Counted from the stretch's first letter, positions 12,310 to 26,256 are shown. The stretch is DNA of 54,196 nucleotides from Catajapyx aquilonaris (GCA_000934665.2 JYFJ02002631.1:1-54196); one strand, 5' to 3'. A program made the numbers and translations. The notes: generated by a model from the letters alone, not told the origin.

Positions 12310-13901
12310 TTATGGGTCCAAATTGCTCTCCCATGCGTCGGAACAATTACAGTTGGTTTGGTTGATTACTGCTGGAAAAATGGTAGGAATGAGAGGTGTT
12401 ATTTGTGTTGGATAAGCCTTTGCGTCGGCTGGAACTTCGGCACCCTTGAATTGTGCCAAGACGATCAAGTAGGTGATGACGGTTGCTGCAATCTGAATAA
12501 TGGGAAAAAGTGATACAAGTCAATTTGCTTTAAAATTTAAAAAAAGTTAAACTCGAAAATGTTATATGCCTACTGAAGTTATCAGTCCACGGTTCACAGA
12601 GAAAAAATTAGCTGCAGACATCTGAATGGGAGAGCCCATCATACGGTGTGTGACTTCTTGCACCTGATCAAGCAATAATAATTTAATTTTGAATTCAATT
12701 TAGTGCATTATTAGGTAAGAGAAAATATGCCTTACCTGCATTCGGCACTCAGGTGACAGGGCGTTAAGCTTCACTTTGTTCAAGTGAGGCAACATTCGAA
12801 AGGCCTGGAATATAACAAAAATAACCGTTTACTTCTGATCCTGATTGCCAAAAAAAAATTAATTACTTCTTCAGGAATATCGTGCAGAGCTATGCAAATC
12901 CAGACCACTATAATCGTTGAAACAAATGTATCCACCACGATTATTGGTTCTACATTTTTGCTCCGATAAATCAATCCTGCAAGACCGGTGATAATTTGTA
13001 CGAGAAAAGACATGAAGTTGACCATGATGCAAACGCCGTACACATCTCCCGTAGTGCTGACCAAATCAGACATTTCGGCGTATCTTCCTATCACTTCAGA
13101 CATGTCCTCGGATACATCCCGATCGGAATCATCAATGTCAATATGTATTCTGTCTTTTTTTGCTTCAGAATTGTCCATAATTCCTTTTGGAAGTCGTTCC
13201 AGAATAGAAGCAAGCGAAATATTGATATGTTTCAGACGCAACGTGATGGCCCTCCCTAAGAATAGCACATGCAGAGTAGGTATTATGGGAATGAGGCACA
13301 TGTTGATCATGAATGCGAAGATTACAATATGATATATAACACTTTGTATCAGCTGATTAACCGAAAAATAATAGAAGGCTTGCAACGGGGCCACATACAT
13401 CAGACACGTGAGTATTGCCAGCAACCAACCTCTTCGACACAGAAGCACATTGATAGCCCGTTTGGGCTGGACAGTATTTTCGACCCACTTGTCATATTCG
13501 TAGAATCCTCGTAACAAGGAGGAAATTTTGCCGGACTTCATTCTTATCATCAGATACTGAAATACCGAGTGTCCTAAACGATTTAACAGCTGCACTATCT
13601 GAACCTGGTCCATCACTGGCAGGTTGGCAAATAGACTGCCGATCATGTACAAGGCAACTATCACACCTGCCAGGGGAAGAACGGTGGCGATAAATGCGAG
13701 TATGGAGAATACGCAACAGAAGTAGTTTCGCGATCCGTACGGTCCGTGGATGATGTTCTTAACAGGAAGGAGTCCAAGAGTCCAGGTGATGATGGCCAGA
13801 GGTCGAAAGGCCTGGTAGATGGTCTTCCGGTCCTGTTTCGAAGGCCGTTTCTGCCAGAGCCGGCAGAAGCACTCGATGTCAGCGTCAGTATTTTCCTCCA
13901 T
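12310..13901 (-). CDS. Gustatory receptor GR4 (clade A; 4 exons)
   Basis: Exons 13901-12867, 12804-12736 (69 nt), 12663-12574 (90 nt) and 12492-12310. Motifs: TIYQAFRPLAIITWTLGLLPVKNI, PIIPTLHVLFLG, SAANFFSVNRGLITS, TYLIVLAQF. Confidence 0.93.
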
Positions 13902-15800
13902 TGCGGGCACTACGCACTGCACTTGTTTTGATCTTTCTCGAGGGAACTGCGTCTATGGGATGAGAAATACTCTCTCTAGGAAGTAGTTCGCTGACCAGAA
14001 CAGGCCAACTGAAAATGGGTGTGGTTCACTGGGGTTGGAGAGACAAACAGATGCGTATACGCACGGCATATGCATTACCTGGGAGCATTTTTCTATGCAA
14101 ATTAATTGTTGTAGTGCTCAACTGAGACATGGGCAGTACTGTATAGCAACGAATTAAAGTTTAAGATATTGCATCGTGTCATATTGTCTGCTGGAATTTT
14201 TGCTCTTGGCGGTCTGCTCCAAACATGCAAGAAGCAAGTATCTTGGACCCACCAAAAGTTCATACATATACTGTAGTACGACGTATTTATGACGTGCGTG
14301 TCTCTGCCATTGTCATGTCAGTAAAGGGCGTTGTCAAATTTTTTACCCCAAAAAACAGTTTAGACATACAGGAGTGGCGTCCTTTTTTCCGCTACGATAT
14401 GAATTTTCAAAATGCTTTCAATTGCCTTTCAATACTAAAACCTCATCTTACATCTCATATTTACCAGTGCTTGATTGTCTGGTGCCCATTTTTTCCAGTC
14501 GAGTATTACTCACGCAGATGTTTATTTGTTCTAAAAGTACATTACTTTATAGGTGCATAATATTGTAGCATAATTATTATGGAAAAGCTGCTCCCATCTT
14601 AGACTACTTGCACATTATTTTATAACTGGTGACAGGTGACCGGTACAGTAATTGGGTTTGCCCCCTCTTTCTGCGCCATCCAGGCAATGTGAAACCCACA
14701 AGGCAAAAGAATATTTTCGGAATTATTGTAAGACACACTCTACTACGTATTATGTAGATTGGAAAAGTAGGGTTTTGGAACAAAACTTGTGGTTATATAT
14801 TAATTTATTGTAAATGCTTTAATATACACACAACTTAATTAATGTTCTCAAAAGTGGCATACCAATAGAAGACTGAGATTGTGGCAACTTGATGTTTCAT
14901 TCCTTAATCAGTCACATTCTATAACATGTAATGTAACGAGGCAGGAAAATCGGGAGATGAAAAGAATAGCAAGATTAATAGTAATGAATATTCAAGAAAC
15001 GTACACTTTGTCATAATTTGGCATCATCACATTTGTCATCACATTTGTTATCATTACACTCTTAAAACAGCAACTTGATTCCATTAATTTGGTCTCATGA
15101 CTCATGGTTCACATGCCATGAGACCCAAAAAAGATCATGCTCTCTCGTGCATTCTGTACTTTATTTTGAGTGTGGAGATGCAGTATCGGTATGTGAAGTT
15201 TACATTTAAGTTAATATCTGACGTGAGATATACTGTACATCATATAAACCCTTTCAAATAGATACATGGAAATTATCAACTTCGCAATTCTTGCAATCCA
15301 GAGAAATAGTTTAATTTATCTCAAACTACAATATTACATAGTGAAGAGGGAGGGATTTATGTGGACTTTATAACCTCGATATCTGGTATCTGGTTACCAG
15401 GGTGTATGGTTTTATGCTGTATGCTGACTAGTCAAAAGCAATAGATATTAAGAAATTGTTACTTGACCCAGCTTTATAGCGTATAAAGCGTTATATTTTG
15501 TAGTCACTGTTCACAAAAAGATTTCTTTGGACGGTTTTTTAAAGATTGAGTAACTTAGGTTTAGATGAAGTTTCACACTCTCGGGGTTGTGTGAGGCAGG
15601 CCTATTGGAATTATCAAAATAAACATGGTGATAGTATTTTATTTCATTCCGAAAACGCATATGTATAGCACAAGTCTCAAGATCAATTCCGTAGGATACC
15701 TAAGCAGAAATAATTTAAACTTGAAAACAACCTTTCAATACCAGTTGAAGTGAGATTGCCTATTTATGGTCATTAAAGTTCTTGAGATTTTTAGAGATAA

Positions 15801-17162
15801 CTAGCAGGATACCCGGCGTTGCTCGGGTTAAGAAATACTTTTCCATGTAGGTGTAAGTCATTGATTTGGTAGTAACCTTTGAAATAATTATGGCTATACA
15901 ATGTTGGCATACCTGTAACATGGAGCATATTGCATGTGCATGAAGTCCAAACACCAAACTGCGGATGTCAGATTGTAAGAGAGTGCACAATACGCCTTAA
16001 AAATCCAGCAAAAGTATGGAAAAATTGAAGGCTGTGCAGTAAATGTAGAATAGCTTTGAGAGACCGTCTCTCTTAGTCATTCCCCAACCCCAAAAATAAT
16101 GGAAAACCTGGCCTGGATGACTGTGCCAGCAGGCAGCTATGGGGTCGCTGGAGAACTCAAGGCCCACCACCACGTTAAGGTTAAGGCGGCGCATGAGTAA
16201 AAATACGGTAGGTGCATTTTTCAGGGAATTTAAAAATTTCGTGGCGAAACCCACCGTTAATCGGAAAAATCACGAAGAAGGTGCCCTGCGCAAAGGTTTG
16301 GCCTTTACTATATGGTACCATACTCGATATGAATGCATTAAAATTGTGGACATACGGGCGCAGAAGCGTTCCCTACTTTGCCGCGTTCCTGCCGCCATTC
16401 GAATGGGCTTTTCGGGAACGCCATTCTCCTTTCACTTGAACTCGATGAAAAGGTCACTTCTAGGCCGAAAATGGGAAAATGACGACGAAGGTGCCCTGCG
16501 CCAGATCATGTCCTATATTTTTGGTGTAATGTCTGTGTCCATTGCATCATTTTTGCGCCCGTACGGCCGCAGAAGCGTGGACATGTGGAATCCCCATATG
16601 CTGCCCATGCATAAGCGAGTTTGTTTAGGTTGTCTCTCCAAGGGATTCATTGTTACCGTTTTTTGTTTGTTTTTTTGCTAATGCGCCGGTGTAGATTATG
16701 GAACTGCTTGTTGACCGCGATGGAACGTCGTTGCAGTGGGAACGTGTTTTTTATGGGTGTGTTTGTAATATAATTAAATATTGAAAGTTAATTGTTGATT
16801 ATTACGGAACGGGGATGGTTAGGGGGGGGGGATAGTGGGAGGGTGGGTGCATGGGACAGGAGGGGGGGGGGGAAGGTGGGAGGGGGTGATTCAAGGCCTT
16901 GGGCATTCAGTTGTTGCCGCGGTAACCCAAGACAGGTGATGTTTAAAGCCAATTGCTCATTATTGGAAGAGTGTTCGAAAGTTTTTTTCGCCTCCTGGGG
17001 CCAAGGATGACCTCGGAGGTCAATTCCAATGTGCTTATGTCATTCCCGGTAAAAAACAACCCCTAATCAATCCCCTCGGGAGTATGTCGAGGCCTCCGTA
17101 CAGATTTGCATAGCGGACAGACAGACAGACAGACAGACATACGTCGAGAAATATGTATTAGA
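15801..17162 (-). mobile_element. Non-autonomous Helitron (Lep1-like architecture)
   Basis: On the minus strand it begins A|TC (17162), followed by a (CTGT)n microsatellite at ~17116-17139. It ends with a subterminal hairpin CCCGAGCAACGCCGGG and CTAG|T (15801). It lies between A and T with no TSD and has no Rep/helicase ORF. Confidence 0.85.
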
Positions 17163-17308
17163 TACATTCAGACTTCTGCTTTTGTTCAACTCGGAAAATA
17201 TATCATATGATACACAAATAAAGATATTGAAAACAAATAACACGTATAAATCCCGAGACCATTCAGTTTTTGTATTGAAAGTAAATACATTTTTACGTTT
17301 TAAAAATA

Positions 17309-19293
17309 TTACGGCATATTTTTCGTTGCTAGCTGTAGTCCCAAGGTATAATTGTCACCACAAACACATATGCTTGGCGGACACACGCAGGGTTCATTGT
17401 AGTTGTGGTTGTAATCGTTGTCGATGTAATCACCGGACTCATTCCAACTGCCGGGGCCAACTGGGATAAGATAGGACATATTCAAAGGGAAATAGTGCAT
17501 GCGGGGAGAAACAGGCAATCTCCTGTTGAGGGCATAATTGGTAATGTCGTGGTCACCAAGTATACCACCAATACCACCAAATTCTGGTTCTGGAGTCGTA
17601 ATGAAAGTCTCGTTGTCGTACTCAGCAGTTGATGCGGGAACAATAATTTCCGAAATCTTGAACTGCGCCAAGACAATTAAGTAGGTGACGACTGCAGCAG
17701 CAACCTTGCAACGGGATAGAAAAATTATTAAACTGTACTTCCCCTCCGGAAAAGTGATGTGACTTTAATGTGCAGTACGACTTACAGAAGTCACGAGTCC
17801 TCGATTGATGGAGAAGAAATTGGCTGCAGATATTTGCATTGAAGGACCCATCATGCGGTGTATCAATTCCTGCACCTAGAGGAAACGAGAAGTACACATA
17901 TTATTCTGGTCAGATACTGACATTCGTGCTTGTAGCCTACTATAAAATAGAAGTGTAACATTGGTACTAGCAGGGTCTCTGAAAATTTAATATGCAGTTT
18001 AAGTATACGGTAATACAGTATAAAATACTGTAGTGGGCGGCTGACACATGGGCTTTAATTGCTGGTTAATTAATCATAATATTTTCACCTCCACTTAATG
18101 AAACCTTACCTGCAATCGTACATCAGACGCTAGTCCAATTAGCTTCACTTTGCAAAGATGTGGCAAAGCTAGAGTTGACTGCACATTTGAGAGGACAAAA
18201 ATCACAACAGTGCCATTAGTTTATACGATAGCAAAAATACAATGCAGTTTCAAGAATAATCTCAACTCACCTCATGTGGAATTTTCTGCAGAGAGTGGCA
18301 TGTCCACACTACCAAAACAACTGATATGAGCGTGTCCGCAAATATGTACATTTGAACCACGATGCTGACATAAAAGGCCAAAGCTAACCCGGTCACAATT
18401 TGGATAAGAAAGGACAAGAAATTGACGACAAGGCATAAACCATACAAATCTCCTACAGCACTGACCACATCTCCCATTTCGGTGTAACAACCCAGGGCTT
18501 TGGACAACGTGTCCGAATGTGTCTCTGTCATTTCAATGCATGTGTAATCTTTAGGCAAAGGGTTTTCTGGCATGCTGCTAGGAAGCACGCTTACAAGCTG
18601 AATCACGCTGTCGTTGACTTGGTGCAGACGGAGACATATCGATTTACCCAAGAATAAGACATGGACAGTCGGGATGATGGGCAGGATGCAAATGAACAAC
18701 AAAAGGAGAAAAAATATCAATTCGCTGACTACAGACACTTGGGACTGGGTCATGAAGAAATGCCTGGACATGTAGTAGCTCACCCACAGAAAGGTCACGT
18801 AAAAGAAAATGAAAAGCAAGATATGCCATGCTCTTTTTCGAAGCACGTGATTTATGGGATCCATTACGGTGTGCGTCTTAACCCACTCGTCGTACTTGTG
18901 GATGCGAAGAAACAGATCACAAATGTCACGACATTTCCACCGCACCAACCAGTACTGCACCATCGCGTGCATCACTCGATTCACAGCAAGCCCTATCAAA
19001 ACTTGCTTCAAAAATGGATACTCAGTGATGTGTATTTGATTCTGAATCATCACCACAATCACGGCCACTATGGACGACAACATCAGCATTGATATGATAA
19101 TGGACAAGGCCGAGCAACAGTAATTCAATGAACCGTACGGCACATGCTGGACACGTACGACGTTCCTGACAGGCAGCAGTCCAAAGACCCAGGTGAGAGT
19201 GGCCAGTGGTCGAAATGCGTGGTATATGGTGGGCACAACCTGGCCCGATGATTCCTGTCCACTTGACGACTTCTTTTTCGATCTTTTGAACAT
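17309..19293 (-). CDS. Gustatory receptor GR5 (clade A; very long C-terminal tail)
   Basis: Exons 19293-18271, 18178-18110, 17875-17786 and 17704-17309. TYLIVLAQF is followed by ~116 more residues. Confidence 0.92.
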
Positions 19294-19571
19294 GGCCGCA
19301 CTAGTTGCTGCAGATTTTCCGACGATCACATGACTTGGGCGTCTACAACTTGTTAAAGATTAGGCTAAAATGGAATGGGTGTGGTTGTCTTTTCAGAGGT
19401 TCTTTGACCCGGCCTGCAGTACGCAAGTCCACAATGTGCATATAGGCGGAGTTATTAATTTCTAGACAATTATTCTAGCATATGTAACTTGCATGTCTGA
19501 ATTTTCTCTCATGTCAGACCCAGAGTTGTATTAAATACATAATGTATATACATTGCTGGATTTTCCACATA

Positions 19572-21111
19572 TCATTCGCTCATGTTGAACTGGATCAAGA
19601 TGACTAGGTACGTAGTAAGAGCACCAGCCGCCTGTAATGAGAAGAAATTCATATTAAAACCCGGTACATAGTATTTCAAGATTTCTGCAAATGGGATTAT
19701 ACCGAAGTGAGAAGTTTGCGATTGATGACGAAGAAATTGGCCGCAGTGATGTCCGGAGGTTTACAGCTCATTTTGCCAATCATCATTTTGATTTCTCTTC
19801 GACATTCGCGGTTTAGAGGATTCAGACTCAGCTTTTCAAGGTCGGCCAAGCTCGAATTGGCCTGGAATGAGTATAATTATGTGCATTATTATCTTGCATC
19901 GAGTGTGGGCAGTCTCATAAGGATAAATATTATTAGACTAACCTTCGTGGTAACACCTTCAACGACGACACAAATTGAAATCAGTTTAAAGACCATGAAG
20001 ACGAGATAAGCACCGATGAAGGCCACTTTCTCCACTTCGGAGTCGACAATATTGGCTATGAAGGCGTATGTCACAAACAATATGGTTATGAAGCATCCTG
20101 CAAACTGAGTAAAGAGCAGCCAGCCAAAAGCTGCTGATGACTTTTCAACCAAGCCATTCAAATGTCCGTGAATCCTGCGAAAGCTTTCCAAACGTGAGGC
20201 CCATTCAACAGCAGACGATGTCCACGAATGTGGTCGTGTCTCTGTGTTGTCAACAGCAATTTCTAAGTTAGTCGAGATGAATTCTCTGACATTTGTTTCA
20301 TACGTGCGGTACAAAACACGTAGCAGGCTGCACAACAAAGCCATTCTAACAAACACATCAATAGTCATTATAGATCCAATTGTGTGCAGGATATGGAGAT
20401 CAGCGTTTTGGATATCTGTTCGTAATAGGAAGATACAAATGGCTATAAATGTGCCCGATGAGAGTAGATAAAAGGCAATGTATGGTATTTTGACTGCCCG
20501 TGATTTCTGTTTGCATTGTGCTAGTAGAGGGTTGATTTTATGGAAATCTTGCAGGAGGCGAACCCACTTGGGTGACAGTATCACTGACCAAAGGCAGCAA
20601 GCTATGTTCATGCCATGCATTGCCCCCTGAAAAAATAACAAGTTACAATTAAAATAGTGGACGTACGTTGTCGAATGGGAATTAGATTGCAAAACTACTG
20701 GAATTTCAAAATGTGATGGGCACGACCAGATTAAATGCCATAATGTGGGTTGCAGTTTTGGCGTACATAAATTAGTGTACTGACCGTAGTGACGTAAACG
20801 GCTATGTAGTCGATCAGTTTCAGCTTCCTATTTACGTCCACCAATGCGCTATAGTCGAGACGTTGCAGCCAACTGTACCCTAGGGACAATAGCAGGAGTA
20901 CCATGAAGCAGCTCCAAGCTCCTTCAGCACTGGCCAGACTACTTTCAATTTTCCAACCATCTTTCCTGAATATGATGTTTTTCACCGGAAATATTCCCAG
21001 GATTTTGGACGATATCAGGATAGGCCGCAAAAATGACACTACATCCGTAGGTGACTGAGAATCGTCTTTCTTTTTATCAACTTGGTCAGTAGGTCTGAAA
21101 AAACGTTTCAT
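19572..21111 (-). CDS. Gustatory receptor GR6 (clade C; 4 exons)
   Basis: Exons 21111-20785, 20626-19943, 19861-19703 (159 nt) and 19631-19572. Motifs: LRPILISSKILGIFPVKNI, SSAAFGWLLF, AAGALTTYLVILIQFNMSE*. Confidence 0.92.
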
Positions 21112-21853
21112 CCTCTTCCCCTCTAGTGTACCTACTGTTGCATATGTCTTAATTGAAAGAGACCACACGATGTATGACAGCGGTGCATTTTATTCACGTC
21201 CCAGCAGGCGGTGCTTCAGATGCCAGCATACAAACACCTCCGAGGATCCCTTTTGCCCTTTCCAAACAGGACGTGTCACTCCAATATATCGATTCATATC
21301 AATGATTTTCCTCTCCGGCTGAGCAGATAAATGGCTCAGGTTCGTGTGACATTGACGGTTATGAAGTACGCGAGTATTGCTGTTCTTGGGAGGTGGTTTG
21401 GGTATTGATTTGCACCGTGTCATGTCTTCTGAAATTTAGTTACGAGCTTTACAACCTTTAGGGTCATGGAGGACATTTATTGCTATGGGACGTGACTGTG
21501 GGAGTGACAAGGTTAAGGGTACCGTAATGGAAAAGGGAAAGGATGGGTACGGTACGCTGTTTACCAGGAATAATTAATCACTTTGATTTGTTTCACATCT
21601 GTCATTTTAGATTTATGTGCGTGGAGTGTCACATAGAGAGAGTGAAAAACATGATTCTGCCTTCCTTCATTATCGGCACTTCCCATTACATCACATTGTA
21701 ATACATCATAATACATATTTCATCTATGTATTTATATGATTATTCGAGAGTCATACTCAATAATTATTTGATATTAATCATGGTATTGTACATTCCAGTG
21801 TATCATTAAAATTTCGAGATTCAATTTACGCATTACATCAATTTGCGCATCAG

Positions 21854-23394
21854 TTAATATTGCGTATAGTTGTAATATGTAAGATTTTCAGCAGAAGTGT
21901 TCGAAAAGTCACTTGATTCTGCAGAACTAGCAAATGTGCCATAATCATCGGAGTTCCATTCTTCTTCTTTTTCGGCGCTCTTGAACTGTGCCAAGACGAG
22001 CAAGTAAGTGATGACAGAAGCAGCAATCTGGAAAAAAAAGCAAATTGGTAATAACTTGGCATAGAATGGAAACAGTTGCAAATGATTTTTACTGAGGTTA
22101 GTAGTCCTCTATTCACTGAGAAGAAATTCGATGCGGATATCTCCACTGTAGGACCAGTCATAAAATGTGTCATTTCTTGCACCTGCAAACACAATTTGGC
22201 AATATCAAAAGATAGCTGGAATTTGATGCAAAATTGTCTCACCTGCAGTCGGATTTCAGTTGGAATATCCAGACGACTCACTCTACGGAGGTTTGGATAA
22301 ACTCTCATGGACTGAAATGTTCAAGACAGTGAGTATATGTAATACACTAATATTTGACTGGATTGAAGTACCTCTTTCGGAATTTCTTGCAGGCAAGTGC
22401 AGGTCCACACGACAACTATTGTTGACAACAACGTGTCGGCTATATTGTGGATGTCGTCATAGGATTCAGGTTCATACAGAATTAGTGCCACTCCGGCGAC
22501 AATTTGTATTAGTGATGACAAGAAACTGACTACTATGCATGTGCCGTACAATTCTCCTGTCGTATTGACCAGATCTGCCATTTCGGCATCGAGTCCCATC
22601 AAAAAAGACAACTGTTTAGCCTTGTTTGCGTACATTTCCGGAGTATAAATGACCTCATCATGGGGAGATGACATCACGTTTTTTGGAAGGCTATCCAACA
22701 ATTCTAATAAGGTGTCATTACCTTGGCGAAGTCGGAAATAGATTGACTTTCCCCAGAAAATAATGTGCAGAATTGGGATGATTGGAATTAAGCACATAAA
22801 TATTAAAATAAAAAATATTCCGATGTGATAAAATAAGTTGACAGTAAATTTCCCCAATACAACTACATAAAATGCGTCCAAGCAACCCACATAGACGAAT
22901 GCGAAAAGAATCAGAAACCATGCCCTGCGATGCATAAGTCTATTAACAGAATATTTTGTGACAGAATTATTGGTAACGACCCACTCATCATACTTGTGAA
23001 ATCTTAGGAACAAGTCAGCTATTCTTCGTGACTTGCATCTCAACAGAAAATATTGAGTCAGTGAATGGACAACCCGATTCACTGATTGCATTAGGAAAAC
23101 TTGATCAATTACTGTCGTGTCATGTGGAATATAAATAAAGCCAAAATATCCACGACCAGCCATAAAGAACATGATCATTGTAAGTGCAACTACTATGAAA
23201 TAGGCGCAACAGACAGGATTTAAAGATTGATACGGTCCAGAGTAGATGTTCTTGACTGGAAAGAGTCCGAAGATCCACGTGAGGATGGCCAAAGGTCTAA
23301 AGGCTTGGTAAATATTAGCCACAGATGTCGAGCGTCTTCTGCAACAACTGCTAAAAACTACTGTCCGATTTTTCTCACTTTCTGGCCCCGCCAT
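21854..23394 (-). CDS. Gustatory receptor GR7 (clade A)
   Basis: Exons 23394-22372, 22311-22243, 22182-22093 and 22027-21854. Motif: IAASVITYLLVLAQF. Confidence 0.93.
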
Positions 23395-23445
23395 ATTTTT
23401 TTTAACTGCACTGAATAAGCTATTTCAAAGCGAATGTCACCGACT

Positions 23446-23552
23446 ACTGAGAGCGCATGATATATTTTTCTTTTTATATTCAGAGCAAACAGGGTGTGGC
23501 TGCTTTCCTTGGGGACATGTAAATGTTTTTACATAATGACTGTCAACAATTT
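23446..23552 (-). promoter_or_regulatory. GR7 core promoter: TCCCCAAGGAA / CCACACCC / TATAAA / TCAGT initiator
   Basis: On the minus strand, TATAAAAA starts at ~23478 and the TCAGT Inr has its A at 23448 (30 nt spacing). The same cassette occurs upstream of GR8, GR9 and GR10. Confidence 0.7.
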
Positions 23553-23988
23553 CAAGTCGTAATTAAATTAGGACATACCGAAAGTGGACACCAGAGCGGG
23601 AAATTTTGCAGTTTGTGAATATAATTTGAGATCTGAGGAAAAGCACGACCACAGGGCGTCTTTAGCAGGTCTTATTTTCAGACAGACTTTTCCTGCGATT
23701 ATAACTTAGTCTAATAATTAAAAAGCATGGAAGGGTGGAGGTGAACACTGTAATCGTGACAGTTCATAATTATGAAGTAATGTAATGACAGCATGTGGAG
23801 CCTAGCTGTTCTGATAGTAATTGATAAGTAATGTCTTAATCTTTACGTCAACCTATATCCTCCTAATACATCTGTGTGACCTTTGATTTTATTCTGATAG
23901 TGATACGTATATAACCGGAGATATATCATATATTTTTTACAATGTATAGGAGCCAGTGGAACTCTGATAGTCTCAGTTGTTTTTTAGA

Positions 23989-26256
23989 ATGACGGGACTC
24001 GTGCGATGGTGTCTGGATGCTCTCAGCATATTTTTCAGGATATTTCAAAAAGATCCAGAACCTGTGTACGGAGTTTATTCGCAACCAGGAAAGTGGTATC
24101 CATTCAAATTAGCCATCTTTTACATCACATATTGCTTCAGGCAGGTCAGTATTGCTTCTTCCATAAACTCTGTTGGCATATTTCATTTATTAATATTGAA
24201 GGCATTTGAAATAATCATATAGTGAATATCGTCATACTCACATTTCCGTTAATTAAAAATTGTCAAGTAGTTCACTCAAAAATTTAAATTGACTATTGAC
24301 TTTCTGAAACTATTACAGTGTATTTCAAAGTAGGCCACGAACATTGATCCAGAGTAACTTAGTATACGTATGTGAATGTTTTAGTGATATTTTACTGGGG
24401 AAATTCTATGACCTGCGCATAAATGCGGATTATTTTACTGGAGCAACGTTGTCATTTAAGTGGAGAGCGGCACCTCAGTCAAAAAACGCCGGCTATGGAG
24501 TCAAGTCACGTGCTTCTCCAGAAGAAATGGACCGTTTGCAGCCGCTGTCTTCACACCCAAAGGCATTTGACGCCGTCTTCTTTATGGGAGCCAACGAGTC
24601 AGGATATTACATGGCAATCTCGTCAGAAAGGAGACGCAATGGCCACGTTTACGGAATCTTCTATTTGCAGGTCAGTATTTTTAATAAGCTATGGACCGGT
24701 TGCATCAATTCAAGGAGGAAATCTCCGATTATGTCGATTTATTAAAATTGTTTCTTTTTTGTTGTCGCAATCTCACACATTTGCTGCCATTGAAATATTG
24801 ATGCAATTATACCGATACGTAATTATTAATCGAGTAGTCAGTTGTGAAACTGCTCTGTAAAAATATGCCTAAATCTATAAGGCAATGTTGTATGTTTACT
24901 GAACCCTTAATTTTAGATTCCTGGATTGGGACTGCTGAAGTGCCCAAACTTGCCCGACACCCACCTGATTGGCGACGTTGATCCGGATTTCTTTGGTGCT
25001 GAAGGAATTCGACTGAAACCATTGGAAGCTATGAAGAAATGGGAAGTAGGGTACTCAGGGAAGGCTGTTTTGATTGGAGACTCTGGCCAAAGAGAAGTGG
25101 TCGTGAAGCTGGAATCAGAGTGGTCATCGAATTTCTCACATTTTGATTATGATTCGGACATGAATCCGTGGACTGTATCTAGAGCGTTCGCGAGAGAGAA
25201 ATGGTCCAAAGAATATTTTAACAGCCTCAGAGAGTGAGTTTTTGTTTCAAAGACAATGCACATGTAAAGCAATATTTGATACATTTCAAAATATTGATGA
25301 TATGTATCTAATCTAGGGCTCATCAAACCCACTACGAGCAGATTGGCGAACTTAAAGGAAGTGTGCATATTGATGATGAAATTTACTCTGTGGAGATACC
25401 TTGCTTTAGAGATCACAGCTACGGTGAGTAGCCTACAAAATGTGTGCTCTTCTCTGTCATTAATTTTAGCCTACTTGTAATTGTGTCATACTTCCATGCA
25501 CATTAACAGACGAGATTTGTAAAAAAAGCTACATAATATTGGATGATCAGAAATGACATAATATGTCTTTATTAAAGTCAACCATGTTTTATTATGTGAT
25601 ATGCATTTTTAGGTGAAAAGCGAGACTGGAAGCTGATGCACAGATATGCATTTCATACAATATTCCTTAAAAACGGCTTAAGTGCGGTTGTAGGAGTGGT
25701 CTGCCAACCTTGCACTTGCTCTCGGTAAGCATTACTTTGGGGACTGTAAAGCCTTGTATATACTAACCGAATTAAATTTTTGCAGCTTGGAGTTGGGTTT
25801 TGTGTGTATGCCTAATGGGGATCTACAACCAGTGTCTTGGTGCGACCTAAATCTGGAATATCATGGGGAAGGTGGAAACCCTCCTGTAGATCACGCATTT
25901 CGATTCAGAGCAGGTTCTCTCAATTTGGAACAAATCAGAAGTTTATTAAGGTCCAGTTGTATGAACACAAGGTTAACTACTGAGTTAGTCTATAACCATG
26001 AGAGCTAACTCTTCTTAACTCATGTCCATACAACCGACCCTAAATTGTTTTGCCGCATGTTTTACTATGCAGCATTTTCTTTACAGGTGGCGAGACTTAC
26101 TTGGTTCAAGTTCAAGTGAAACAGGCTCCGTTTCATTACCTGGGAGAGGAATGGGAAGCTCGTAATGTAGAACGATTTGTGACATATCGAGTGAACAATC
26201 ACGATGGATGGGGGGTGTCGGAGTGGAATTATCGAAACCGGACTGGGAAACAATGA
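23989..26256 (+). CDS. Conserved uncharacterised protein (399 aa, 7 exons) with an RDHSYG-x-RDW motif; possibly AttH/CrtC/tocopherol-cyclase-like beta-barrel fold
   Basis: Exons 23989-24144, 24461-24670, 24917-25233, 25317-25423, 25613-25724, 25786-25913 and 26087-26256 join by GT-AG introns into a 1200-nt ORF. Motifs: YGVYSQPGKWY, HPKAFDAVFF, FDYDSDM..SRAFAREKWS, HQTHYEQIG, FRDHSYGEKRDWKLMHRY, GWGVSEWNYR. The family and fold call is from memory. Confidence 0.88.

Noticed and set aside
16139..16681. 180-aa plus-strand ORF
   Set aside because: Lies inside the non-autonomous Helitron, reflects its internal repeat and has no Rep/helicase motifs.
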